Virus record (IMG/VR): IMGVR_UViG_3300034102_002101
Coordinates: 32,001 to 96,000 of that record
Source: a virus
Strand: one strand, 5' to 3'
Length of the DNA stretch: 64,000 bases
Each line of letters begins with the position of its first letter. The stretch's first letter is position 1. Positions 28,695-38,638 of the stretch are shown here, one piece after another. The notes beneath the pieces are model-generated. The model ran no database searches. It saw only the letters and a list, made by a program, of their open reading frames with translations, and had not been told where the DNA came from. A program made the position numbers and the translations under genes.

Positions 28695-29088
28695 AAAGTC
28701 ACCTGTCGGTATATCATTTCCTATACAACGAGGAAATACTGGGTTTTTTGAACAAACGTTCGATTCTAACGAATCTTCTAAGACAAACATAAAACTATTG
28801 TTATCAACGTATATAGGAGAAAGAAGACTAAATCCATCTTACGGGACAAAGTTATGGACATATCTATTCGAAAACATAGATGACACATCCGAAGAAATAT
28901 TAAAAAACATAATAAGTGAGGATGTCAATAAATGGATACCAGATATTAAAATAATATCTGTTAGTGTAGCAAAAAAAGCAAACTCTGCTGATAATTATAC
29001 ATTTATAATAACCATGACATTTTATTCTTCACAATACGCAAAAGAGTTGCAGGTTTTAAGTGTGGAAAATAGTGTTAGTATCAAATAA
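28675..29088 (+). CDS. Baseplate wedge protein, T4 gp25/GPW-like
   Basis: NIKLLLSTYIGERRLNPSYGTKLWTYLFE. Confidence 0.9.
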   Translation: MATPLYKKSPVGISFPIQRGNTGFFEQTFDSNESSKTNIKLLLSTYIGERRLNPSYGTKLWTYLFENIDDTSEEILKNIISEDVNKWIPDIKIISVSVAKKANSADNYTFIITMTFYSSQYAKELQVLSVENSVSIK

Positions 29089-29093
29089 TAACC

Positions 29094-30944
29094 ATGTCAA
29101 CCAATAAAACATTTACACAGAACAAGAAAAATATTTCTTATCTATCCAAGGATTTTAATCAATTAAAACAATCTCTGGTAGATTTTTCTAAGTATTACTA
29201 CCCAAACACATATAAAGATTTTGGTGAAAGTTCTCCCGGTATGATGTTTATAGAATTGGCATCATATGTCGGTGATGTTATGGCATTTTACGCAGATTCT
29301 CAGGTACAGGAAAGCATATTAACATTGGCGACCGAGAGAAAGAACATAATAAACGAAGCTAATTCTGCCGGATATAAAATAAAAAATACGTCTCCGTCAC
29401 AAGTAGTATTGGATGTTTATCAAGTTATTCCGAGCACAGTAGATAGTAATGGTGATACTGTTCCTAATTATAACTATGTACAAACAATAAAAGAAGGAAT
29501 GTCAACGTCAACATCGGACGGTATTTCCTTTATAACTAGCGAAATCATAGATTTTAATGTGGATACATCAATTTCTCCTCGCGAATTATCGGTATTCCAA
29601 AGAGATCAAAATGGTATACCGCAAAATTACATATTAAAGAAAAGCGCGAAAGCTTTTTCCGCGAATAGGAGAGCGATTGACGTTATCATCAATGCAGCGT
29701 CAAAATATTATACAATAAATTTAGAAGAATCTAACGTTATATGTGTAGAAAGTATGGTGGATAGTGATGGGCAGAAATGGTATGAAGTTGATTGTTTGGC
29801 GCAAGAATTGGTACCAATCACCGTAAAAAATAGTTACACAAATAATCAAAATTTATACTTGGAAAAGTCAACAGTCCCATACATATTAAAATACATAAGG
29901 ACATCGAACAGATTCATAACTAGGATAGATACCAACAATTTAACATCGATAGAGTTTGGTGCGGGGACAGATGAGTTATACGATGAGGAGTTCTTGATGT
30001 CTCCAAATAATCTGGCACTTAGTAGCGCAAGAATTAATTCAGCAACAGATCCATCAAATGTACTAAACACAAGAAGCTATGGAAGGGCACCAGCAAATAC
30101 CACATTAACTGTTACGTATCTATATGGTGGTGGAGTAAATACAAATGTATCTGCAAATTCAATAATAAACGTAAATTCTATCGAGTTTGATGGTGATGAT
30201 AGGGATTTAACTGCCGACGAAATTAACACAATAAAAGCAGCGAGAGCGTCTATACGGGTAACTAATCCGTCACCAGCTTCGGGTGGTGGTGACGCAGAAA
30301 CGGATGAGGAGATTAGGAATAACGCAATATCGCATATCAATTCACAGAAGAGAGCAGTGACTGCCGAAGATTATGTACTACGTTGCTATTCATTACCAAC
30401 CAAATATGGTTCAGTTGCCAAGGCTTTTTCAAGAAAATCAGAATTTGGTGTTAATTCTATAGACATATATGTGTTATCATACGACGAGAATAAAAAATTA
30501 ACATCGATAAACTCATCCCTTAGTGAAAATCTAAAGACATATTTAGGTACATATAAGCTAATGACTGATTCCATATCTATTGTAGACGGTAATATTATCA
30601 ACGTAGGAATAGATTTTAAAATATCCGTACAAACAGGTTACTTAAAAAAGGAAGTATTATCCAATTGCATAAAAGTTGTTCAAGGCTTCATGAATATAGA
30701 TAATTGGCAATTCAATCAGCCAATAGACATAAGTAGAATACAGATGGAGATAGGTAATGTTGATGGTGTACAATCCGTTATGTTCGTAAAGGTAAAGAAC
30801 TTAACCAAAGCCGATGGTAACTATTCATTAAACGTATACGATATCGCGTTCGCAACACAGGATAATATAGTATATCCATCTATCGACCCTTGTATATTCG
30901 AATTAAAATATCCAAGTAAAGACGTTCGTGGAGAATACTTATAA
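29094..30944 (+). CDS. Baseplate wedge protein, T4 gp6/baseplate J-like
   Basis: YLSKDF, SPGMMFIELASYVGDVMAFY, FGAG, GGGDAETDEEIR...QKRAVTAEDY. Confidence 0.9.
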   Translation: MSTNKTFTQNKKNISYLSKDFNQLKQSLVDFSKYYYPNTYKDFGESSPGMMFIELASYVGDVMAFYADSQVQESILTLATERKNIINEANSAGYKIKNTSPSQVVLDVYQVIPSTVDSNGDTVPNYNYVQTIKEGMSTSTSDGISFITSEIIDFNVDTSISPRELSVFQRDQNGIPQNYILKKSAKAFSANRRAIDVIINAASKYYTINLEESNVICVESMVDSDGQKWYEVDCLAQELVPITVKNSYTNNQNLYLEKSTVPYILKYIRTSNRFITRIDTNNLTSIEFGAGTDELYDEEFLMSPNNLALSSARINSATDPSNVLNTRSYGRAPANTTLTVTYLYGGGVNTNVSANSIINVNSIEFDGDDRDLTADEINTIKAARASIRVTNPSPASGGGDAETDEEIRNNAISHINSQKRAVTAEDYVLRCYSLPTKYGSVAKAFSRKSEFGVNSIDIYVLSYDENKKLTSINSSLSENLKTYLGTYKLMTDSISIVDGNIINVGIDFKISVQTGYLKKEVLSNCIKVVQGFMNIDNWQFNQPIDISRIQMEIGNVDGVQSVMFVKVKNLTKADGNYSLNVYDIAFATQDNIVYPSIDPCIFELKYPSKDVRGEYL

Positions 30945-30946
30945 TT

Positions 30947-32044
30947 ATGCATACGTTTTTATACCCAACAGCTACTACATTTATAAACTCCCAGCCAAGT
31001 TTGATGGATCAAAACATGGGCAAGGATGAAATATTGGAAATAGAAAAGATAGTTACTGATGGTGCTGTTATTATAAGCGGGTCAATCACTAACTTTTCCG
31101 CTTCGGTCTATATATCCAGAACGCTACTAAAATTTGATACTTCTGATATATCTAGGAGTGTTTCTGTCGGTGATATTCCCTTCCCGACGATGCAATTAAA
31201 ATTGTACTCCATCGAGTCTAAAAACATCCGCGATACTTACAAAATAGAATGCTTTCCGATAAGCGGGTCGTGGAGAAATGGTATCGGAAAAAAGTATGAT
31301 GCTTATAATAGCAACTATGGAGTATCGTGGGTAAGCAGGGGAGATAATTCTCTCGGTGATTGGAGTAATGTTGGTGGAGACTTTTATAGTGGGTCACATT
31401 CCTCGGTAATTATAACACAAAAACAGGACATTTCAATCGATGTATCGAACTTGATTTCTGATTTTTTCTCTGGGTCTATTGTGGATGATGGATTTTTGTT
31501 AAAGCTATCGGACGAAACATCGTCGGTAGATTATGGAACAATAAGACATTTCTCCATGAATACCAACACTATATATTCACCATTCCTTGATATTGGTTGG
31601 GATGATTCGGAATATAATATTGTAAGTTCTAGTGTATTAGATTCAAATAAACAAGAATATTTAGTTATACCGAAAAATATAAAAAAAATATATAATGTTG
31701 ATGAAATAGTTAGAATAAATTTAGCCGTTCGCCCGAAGTACGTTAATAAAACTTTCCAGAAATGGCCAAATCAAACATACCCTTATAACGATTATGTTGC
31801 TTCTTACGTGTTACCATCAAGTTCGTATTATGCTATAGTCGATGCCGTAACTAATGAACACATATTAAATTATGATCAATTTACAAAAGTTAGTTCAACA
31901 GATTCCGGCAGTTACTTCTTCGTTGATTTTAGTTGCTTCCCTAGAGAGAGATATTATAAAATTCATATAAAGGTTATAGAAGAAAACCAAACGGTCAATA
32001 TTTATGATACGGGTATTCCTTTCAGGATAACCGGTACATCATAA
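30947..32044 (+). CDS. Virion structural protein (DNRLRE-like domain)
   Basis: SRTLLKFD...W..G.G...W...GGDF...GFLLK pattern; ATACTTATA at 30935-30943 upstream. Confidence 0.55.
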   Translation: MHTFLYPTATTFINSQPSLMDQNMGKDEILEIEKIVTDGAVIISGSITNFSASVYISRTLLKFDTSDISRSVSVGDIPFPTMQLKLYSIESKNIRDTYKIECFPISGSWRNGIGKKYDAYNSNYGVSWVSRGDNSLGDWSNVGGDFYSGSHSSVIITQKQDISIDVSNLISDFFSGSIVDDGFLLKLSDETSSVDYGTIRHFSMNTNTIYSPFLDIGWDDSEYNIVSSSVLDSNKQEYLVIPKNIKKIYNVDEIVRINLAVRPKYVNKTFQKWPNQTYPYNDYVASYVLPSSSYYAIVDAVTNEHILNYDQFTKVSSTDSGSYFFVDFSCFPRERYYKIHIKVIEENQTVNIYDTGIPFRITGTS

Positions 32045-32045
32045 A

Positions 32046-32462
32046 ATGAAAATAACATATAGTAACCCAAATCTATCAGAGCATAGTGTAAAGAATATAG
32101 AATCGTCATATGTCTTTGATAGTAATTCGAACTTAAAGCTATTCGTTAATTCGTCTTCTGTTGGTAACAACATAGCTATGGATTTTATTGGTTATAACCC
32201 AAACCAATCGGTAATATCTGAATTTTATGATGTTGAATTTACCGAATTAAAACCTGTTAATGTGTTAGTTGTTACTCCATCTACTTCGATACCGACCGAA
32301 ACATCAACACAAGTAAGTTCAACGATAATCATCGATAATCCATCGACTATATCCGATAGTATGATGACAAGAGATGTGATAGTGAAATTAAGAATTGGTC
32401 TAGGTGAAGGGCGTAATTCGGATGATTTTTCGACTACCTTCCCATATGGAAAGATAACATAA
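32046..32462 (+). CDS. Hypothetical virion-module protein
   Basis: Coupled ORF with a Thr/Ser-rich linker. Confidence 0.6.
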   Translation: MKITYSNPNLSEHSVKNIESSYVFDSNSNLKLFVNSSSVGNNIAMDFIGYNPNQSVISEFYDVEFTELKPVNVLVVTPSTSIPTETSTQVSSTIIIDNPSTISDSMMTRDVIVKLRIGLGEGRNSDDFSTTFPYGKIT

Positions 32463-32463
32463 A

Positions 32464-35400
32464 ATGCAAACATACATCACTTCACAATCGGCAGCGATAA
32501 ACTACTCGACGTTTATAACCCAAGAGGATATAAATAAATTATCACTGTCCACCATTTCACCAATGTACAGCGATTTTGGTGAATTTGCGGATGATGTCAT
32601 TGAGTTTTCTATATACAATAACTACGGGGAGTTAGTTTCGTGGGAGACGATATATCCGGAAGTTAGTAGTACAAAGTATACTGGTTTCTATATCGATCAG
32701 AACAATATAAAGAACACTTTTGATGCGTACAACACATACACAAATTATTCAATAGTAACTACTAACGGAATAAGAAGAATAGTATTTCCTGTCCTTTCTG
32801 ATATACAGAAATTAGGATTATCTACCGGTGAGTATAATATCCAATACTTCCCCGCAAAAAACGTCATAGGCAACAACGAAAATGGAATAAAGGTGTCCGA
32901 GATATCGTCATCCGGCACAGAAATATCTGTTATCTGTAATGATGTAAACCTATCTCAGTCGTTTACTTCTTTCTGTAAGAACCTGATACCGGCTTCTGAG
33001 TGGACAAGTTATTTGATTGATGGAATGGATTCGGTTAACATATATTCTAAGTTCATAACAGAAAAGGACAGTATCGGTCTAGACTTCAACGCAATAAAGT
33101 TCTTTTTCAATTTCAAGACAGATAATGAGGTACTGTTCTTCGTCTATGATATATTTAATGGTGTATATTCGGGAAAAAAGAAGTCTAATGGTGATGTATC
33201 TAGGACAGACATAGCATCAATAAAAACGCAAGTAGAAAATTATTGTTACTCCCTATACAATACTCCGTCCAGCTTAGATTCTGTTTTTTTGACCTCTCTA
33301 GACATTATAAAAAATATTATAGAAATAGAACTAAAAAAGATATCGAGCAGCGCAACGAACGAAAAAACGGTATCGTTTTTCTACAATATATTTACCTCTG
33401 TGCTATTAGAGGTGTTCGGTGAAATAAAGAAAAAGGTAATATCTAAATTGTTTTCTCCGATGAAAACATGTATAAACTTAGGCAATGGAAAAATATTTCC
33501 AGTATTAAATAGATACTATGTAGTGTTGGATGATGGTAGTCTCAAGTTATATTTGAAATTGAAGGATAGCATATCTAACATAATTTCGTCGGGTGATATA
33601 GTATACGTTACAAATTTTAATACATTAACCGGAATATACCAAAATATTTCTTTAATCAATAAAAATTTAATAAATTTTAATTATTTAGGTGGTCCAAACT
33701 TCAATGATAGAATCAAGCACGTACAGACCGGAAATTCCGGTAGATCGTATAATTCAGATGAATTAAATAGTTCCATATCATCAGTAACAACGATAAATGC
33801 GAGCGATAAGATCAACGTCGATTACAGATACTTCGAGAATTTCATAAAGTTCTCATCGGTATCATCCAGATTGGAAGTATATACAGGTAAAATAAACTTG
33901 GTGGAGAATATCGACTCCAGTATAGAGCTACTAAGTAATGTAGAAAATTCAGAAACCGATATTTCGTTACTTACGGAGAATAAGAATGAGATAATAAAAT
34001 CGTTTGATGGATATGAAAACTTTCTATACACTAATCCATATTGGTTCGGTGTACATACTACACAATACGGCACGTATTCCATAAGTGGGGATGCACCAGA
34101 AACGTCTGGAAGTTTATATGATAGGGATAATACCGAATCGTTATTCAACAATACTCCGGAAACAATAAGAGAATCTACTGAGAGTTCCGACTATGTTAAA
34201 TTTGTTAACATGGTCGGTCACATGTTTGACAATATCTGGATTTATATCGATAATTTTCCACGAACAAAAACTATAAAAAATAACCCATCTGGTTCCCTGT
34301 CTCCATCTATAATAGGTGACATCATAGAATCGTATGGGTGGGAGTGTAATAATGGGAATCATAACCTAGAACTCCTACAGGGTCTATATAATAATAGTAA
34401 TGGGAATTCGAACCAAACTCTTTCCGGTAATGAAAGAACTAATGAGATATGGTCAAGAATAATAAATACACTACCAGAAATATTAAAAACCAAAGGAACA
34501 TTAAAATGTGTCGAGTTAATATTGGCTTGCTACGGTATTCCCAAAAACATAATAAAAATAAAAGAAACATCAACATCGAATAGTGACGGTGAACTATATC
34601 ATAATGATATAATAAAATATTCTCCTAAGTTCACAAAGTATAACGAATACGTTGAGTGTGCATGGTTAAATGGTTGTAGATCATTAGAATTAACAATAAA
34701 ATATCAGTCGTCCGATTACACAAAAAATTCAACTAATAGATTAGTTCAGTGTGGGGATAAATGGTCAATAGGGACGATAAAAGGAAGCAAAGATAATGGA
34801 AATGTATTTTTTACCATAAGGGATGTATCCGGTTCTGTTAATTCACTAATCGTCCAAAATGTACCTATTTTTAGTGGAGATAATTATGATGTACTATTAA
34901 GAAAATATGACACTGAATTAATAACCGTACCTACTCGATTTGAACTTACGGTGTTAAAAATGGAAAATGGTTCACCATCTTTTGTAGCCTCAGAAGATAT
35001 ATACCTAAGTGGTAGTTTCTTAGACACATTTAATTCCGGTTCAGAGTTAATCAGATTTGGTAATTATAATGCCGACCAAAACAACTACTTCATCGGTAAT
35101 ATCGACGAGATAAAAATATGGAATAGCTTTATCGCCGATGTTGAGTTTATAGATCATTCTACGATGTATGACAACTTTTCTACAGATGATCTATCCAAGG
35201 CTCGGGATAATTTAATATGTAGAATGGCATTTGACACACCAGTTGATTTATATAATCCAACCGGTTCGTTCTATCTACACGCGAATAACGGATTACAAAA
35301 TAATGGTGTAGAATATATCAAGATGTATAACTTTAGAGAAGCAGATATTTCTACTAAAGTTGTTAATGTATGTGATGTAGTAGAATCGTACAAATACCCA

Positions 35401-36819
35401 TATCAGTTTGATCGATACGAAGTAACGCAGGATATTTCCAGTAACAATTTATACACATCAGACTTATCATCACAGAACATAAAGAAGGAATCTCGCTCGT
35501 TAAGTGCGTATCTTAGTCCATTAAGAAGCTCGGAAGAAATTACTGATCAGGCTATATCGAAAAACAAAATAGGAGTATACTTTTCACCAACCGATTTGTA
35601 TACAAAAGATAAGATAAAATTTACATCACTAATAAAAATCGATAATCTAATAGGAGATCCAGCAAAATCAAAATTGGTAAGGTATAAAGATCTAGAATCT
35701 TTTAAGAGAACGTTTAATAGTTATTTATATTATAATATAGACAAGAATCAATATATAAACAATATAAAAAACTTTATAGATAAGTCTCTATTCAAACAAT
35801 TGAGTAAGGTTTTCCCGGAAAACGCGAATGTGACTACTGGGATCTTAATAGAATCTACGCCACTCGAAAGGACAAGAATAGAGCAACCAAATCAAGGGAT
35901 CGAAAGTATACATAGATTAAAACAAGAGCTATCTATAAAACCAACGTTGGTGTCTACCCCGAACTTAAGTAAGCCGTCCGAAATCATACCAAATATAAAG
36001 GGAAAATTAACGAATAAAAACTTTTTCGAAAATGGGTTTTATGAAACTAACGACGGGCTGATAAATCCATATGGGATCGCTACCGATTTCTCTCCGAGCG
36101 GTGGATATTTCATGATAGATGGCGATGATTACTATGTTAGTAAAGTTGATTATAAATTGAACCAAGTTCGCAAAAATAATGATGGCACAACAGGAATATC
36201 GGAGTCATTTATAACTAGACAAAAATTATCGTTTATTAAATTCCCAACATTAAGTTCGGTATTGTTTGGTGGTACGGTATCCGGTAGTTTTATTGGGTCT
36301 TCATCGGTAATTGGAATAAATACTTATCATATAAATGGGAAATTTAATGGGACTGTTTCGATTGATAGTTCGATGCATAATTCAACAATAACTGATCAAA
36401 TTATATTGTCTGGTTCGTATGTAGGAATAGATCCGGTTTCATCTTCCTTAATTTCGGACTTGGATGGGTTTAATGGTTTATTTATTACTACAGATGGTTC
36501 CGATATATATAAATGGTGCGTAAATAATTTAAGTGGTGCTTGCTTGAACGAAATGATGTATTACGAAAAACAGGCAAGATATAATAGTATATTAGCAGAA
36601 TCTCCATTGACGACTAGATGGAAAAGCAAGGAAGAATTCTCCGTTTTACGAAAAAACGTCACGAAAGCAAAAGAATACAATAAACAAACAACATCAACGA
36701 CGATAGAACCAACCAATGGGTTGTTAGATGGATCTTTACCATTCTATTCAGTCGGAGTAGATAGTGGTAGAGTTAAAGTATTCAATCAGAGCAGTGGTAA
36801 TATTTTAAATTCGAACTAA
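32464..36819 (+). CDS. Large baseplate/tail structural protein with a LamG-like domain
   Basis: FVNMVGHMFDNIW and ILKTKGT..CVELILACYGIP (baseplate gp7/P2 I-like); FIGNIDEIKIWN (LamG-like). Confidence 0.65.
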   Translation: MQTYITSQSAAINYSTFITQEDINKLSLSTISPMYSDFGEFADDVIEFSIYNNYGELVSWETIYPEVSSTKYTGFYIDQNNIKNTFDAYNTYTNYSIVTTNGIRRIVFPVLSDIQKLGLSTGEYNIQYFPAKNVIGNNENGIKVSEISSSGTEISVICNDVNLSQSFTSFCKNLIPASEWTSYLIDGMDSVNIYSKFITEKDSIGLDFNAIKFFFNFKTDNEVLFFVYDIFNGVYSGKKKSNGDVSRTDIASIKTQVENYCYSLYNTPSSLDSVFLTSLDIIKNIIEIELKKISSSATNEKTVSFFYNIFTSVLLEVFGEIKKKVISKLFSPMKTCINLGNGKIFPVLNRYYVVLDDGSLKLYLKLKDSISNIISSGDIVYVTNFNTLTGIYQNISLINKNLINFNYLGGPNFNDRIKHVQTGNSGRSYNSDELNSSISSVTTINASDKINVDYRYFENFIKFSSVSSRLEVYTGKINLVENIDSSIELLSNVENSETDISLLTENKNEIIKSFDGYENFLYTNPYWFGVHTTQYGTYSISGDAPETSGSLYDRDNTESLFNNTPETIRESTESSDYVKFVNMVGHMFDNIWIYIDNFPRTKTIKNNPSGSLSPSIIGDIIESYGWECNNGNHNLELLQGLYNNSNGNSNQTLSGNERTNEIWSRIINTLPEILKTKGTLKCVELILACYGIPKNIIKIKETSTSNSDGELYHNDIIKYSPKFTKYNEYVECAWLNGCRSLELTIKYQSSDYTKNSTNRLVQCGDKWSIGTIKGSKDNGNVFFTIRDVSGSVNSLIVQNVPIFSGDNYDVLLRKYDTELITVPTRFELTVLKMENGSPSFVASEDIYLSGSFLDTFNSGSELIRFGNYNADQNNYFIGNIDEIKIWNSFIADVEFIDHSTMYDNFSTDDLSKARDNLICRMAFDTPVDLYNPTGSFYLHANNGLQNNGVEYIKMYNFREADISTKVVNVCDVVESYKYPYQFDRYEVTQDISSNNLYTSDLSSQNIKKESRSLSAYLSPLRSSEEITDQAISKNKIGVYFSPTDLYTKDKIKFTSLIKIDNLIGDPAKSKLVRYKDLESFKRTFNSYLYYNIDKNQYINNIKNFIDKSLFKQLSKVFPENANVTTGILIESTPLERTRIEQPNQGIESIHRLKQELSIKPTLVSTPNLSKPSEIIPNIKGKLTNKNFFENGFYETNDGLINPYGIATDFSPSGGYFMIDGDDYYVSKVDYKLNQVRKNNDGTTGISESFITRQKLSFIKFPTLSSVLFGGTVSGSFIGSSSVIGINTYHINGKFNGTVSIDSSMHNSTITDQIILSGSYVGIDPVSSSLISDLDGFNGLFITTDGSDIYKWCVNNLSGACLNEMMYYEKQARYNSILAESPLTTRWKSKEEFSVLRKNVTKAKEYNKQTTSTTIEPTNGLLDGSLPFYSVGVDSGRVKVFNQSSGNILNSN

Positions 36820-36861
36820 TTATAAATAAAGATTTTTAATATTCTTCCATATTTATTGCAT

Positions 36862-37491
36862 ATGGCACAAATAGATAATAGAACAGTAACGGTAACAGCT
36901 ACATTAACAAAACGAGGAAGAGAACTCCTAGCTCAAAACGGATCATTAAACATAACATCGTTCGCGCTATCCGATGATGAAATAGATTATGATATGTATC
37001 AACCTACACACCCACAGGGGTCTGCCTTTTACGATGCTGCTATAATAAATACACCAGTTCTTGAACCATTTAGCGACGAGACACAAAACTTAAAGTACAA
37101 ATTGGTTACTTTAAATTCGGGCATTACATCTATTCCTACAATAACATTAGGACAAACAGAGATCCGTGTATCTAAGACATACACCGGAGAAGTAGTTATA
37201 ACCCCGTCAACCAATCCGTCATATAATACAGTTTCTGGCTATACCGCTATTTTGGCAAATAAGAGTGCTGGAACCATAATTGGTGAACTATTAAATGGTT
37301 CCAATTCATCAACAATTCCTAGCTTTTTTGGTGATACTTCATCATCTACAGCACAAACAGCAATAGGATTAAGATTTAGATTCGTTCCTAACGGATCTCT
37401 CACAACAACAACAACAACGACATTAACAATTATTGGAAATGAATCTGGTGGTAGCGTATCTATCCCTGTTACTGTTCAAATAGAAAACTAA
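36862..37491 (+). CDS. Baseplate/tail structural protein
   Basis: LTKRGRELLA...ITSFALSDDEIDY; ATATTTATT at 36849-36857 upstream. Confidence 0.6.
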   Translation: MAQIDNRTVTVTATLTKRGRELLAQNGSLNITSFALSDDEIDYDMYQPTHPQGSAFYDAAIINTPVLEPFSDETQNLKYKLVTLNSGITSIPTITLGQTEIRVSKTYTGEVVITPSTNPSYNTVSGYTAILANKSAGTIIGELLNGSNSSTIPSFFGDTSSSTAQTAIGLRFRFVPNGSLTTTTTTTLTIIGNESGGSVSIPVTVQIEN

Positions 37492-37495
37492 TCTC

Positions 37496-38620
37496 ATGGC
37501 ATCAGGATCATCAATTTTTAAACCTTTCGATTCCGGTGACATAGTTTCCGGAAGAGTTCAATCGTTATCGTATGGGACATGGGCAGATGGTGCTATCTCT
37601 CAATCGAACTTCTATACCTCACCATCACAAGTAGCAAACAGTGGTAGCAGCCAATTAGAAATTGGTAACGGGGCGTACTATTGGGATGTATATAACTTAG
37701 CAAACCCAGACACAACGGTGGAATCAGAAAAGTATTTCTCTATCGCTTATGGTCACATAAATGGAAGTGGGTCTGGTACTTACGATGAAACCGTAACTAA
37801 ATACTACCCGACAAAGGCTGTTTATAAACAATACAAAAACATATTGTTATCACCAGGCGATGAATATTTTAGTTTTGCTACTGGTAGCAGTGGAGCTACA
37901 CAGACCGACGACGTTTACATAATAAACTTTTCTACCGACAAAGCTAAAGATAGACTTGATTCTGGACAATTTGAGATAACGATAGCCGGTCCTAATGGAA
38001 TAATATCATTGATCGACGATAGTTCTTATCAGTTATCTACTACCGGCGTAAGAAATAAAGGAATATATAATTTAGTTTCTGGTTCGTTGGCTAATGGAAT
38101 TTATTACGGTGGTGGACAACTTTACGAGGGGATTGGATTGATGTATCCTACTGTTGGTATATTAATACTAAACCCAGCAATGATCGCGACAAAAACTGGA
38201 TTGCCTGTACCTATTATAAATTCGACAACAATAACGTCCGGTGGTAGTTCTGTTGGTAATCGATTTTCGTCCAATCAAGCAATATTGTTATATGGATCGC
38301 CATCTACCGCGACTACGTTCACTAATTACGGTATAGTAAAATTAGTATCCAGAACAACTGAATATGTCCCTACCAGACATTATTTCGTAAGAGTTAAGAA
38401 TCAGGAGTTTAATTATTCCAATAACCCAAGTTTCGTTCAGACTGGTTCTAATGCTGGTCAATTAAAGATTGACTCTTTTATTGATGACCCAAAGGTTTAT
38501 ATAACCACTATTGGTTTATATGATGATCAAAACGATTTGTTAGCTGTTGCAAAATTAAGTCAACCGTTACTGAAAAGCTTCGACAGTGAAGCACTAATAA
38601 AGATCATGCTTTCGTGGTAA
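37496..38620 (+). CDS. Tail/baseplate structural protein
   Basis: C-terminal YITTIGLYDDQNDLLAVAKLSQP (tail-collar-like); paralogous to the core of the next gene. Confidence 0.65.
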   Translation: MASGSSIFKPFDSGDIVSGRVQSLSYGTWADGAISQSNFYTSPSQVANSGSSQLEIGNGAYYWDVYNLANPDTTVESEKYFSIAYGHINGSGSGTYDETVTKYYPTKAVYKQYKNILLSPGDEYFSFATGSSGATQTDDVYIINFSTDKAKDRLDSGQFEITIAGPNGIISLIDDSSYQLSTTGVRNKGIYNLVSGSLANGIYYGGGQLYEGIGLMYPTVGILILNPAMIATKTGLPVPIINSTTITSGGSSVGNRFSSNQAILLYGSPSTATTFTNYGIVKLVSRTTEYVPTRHYFVRVKNQEFNYSNNPSFVQTGSNAGQLKIDSFIDDPKVYITTIGLYDDQNDLLAVAKLSQPLLKSFDSEALIKIMLSW

Positions 38621-38638
38621 TTATCATGGGTACAGGAA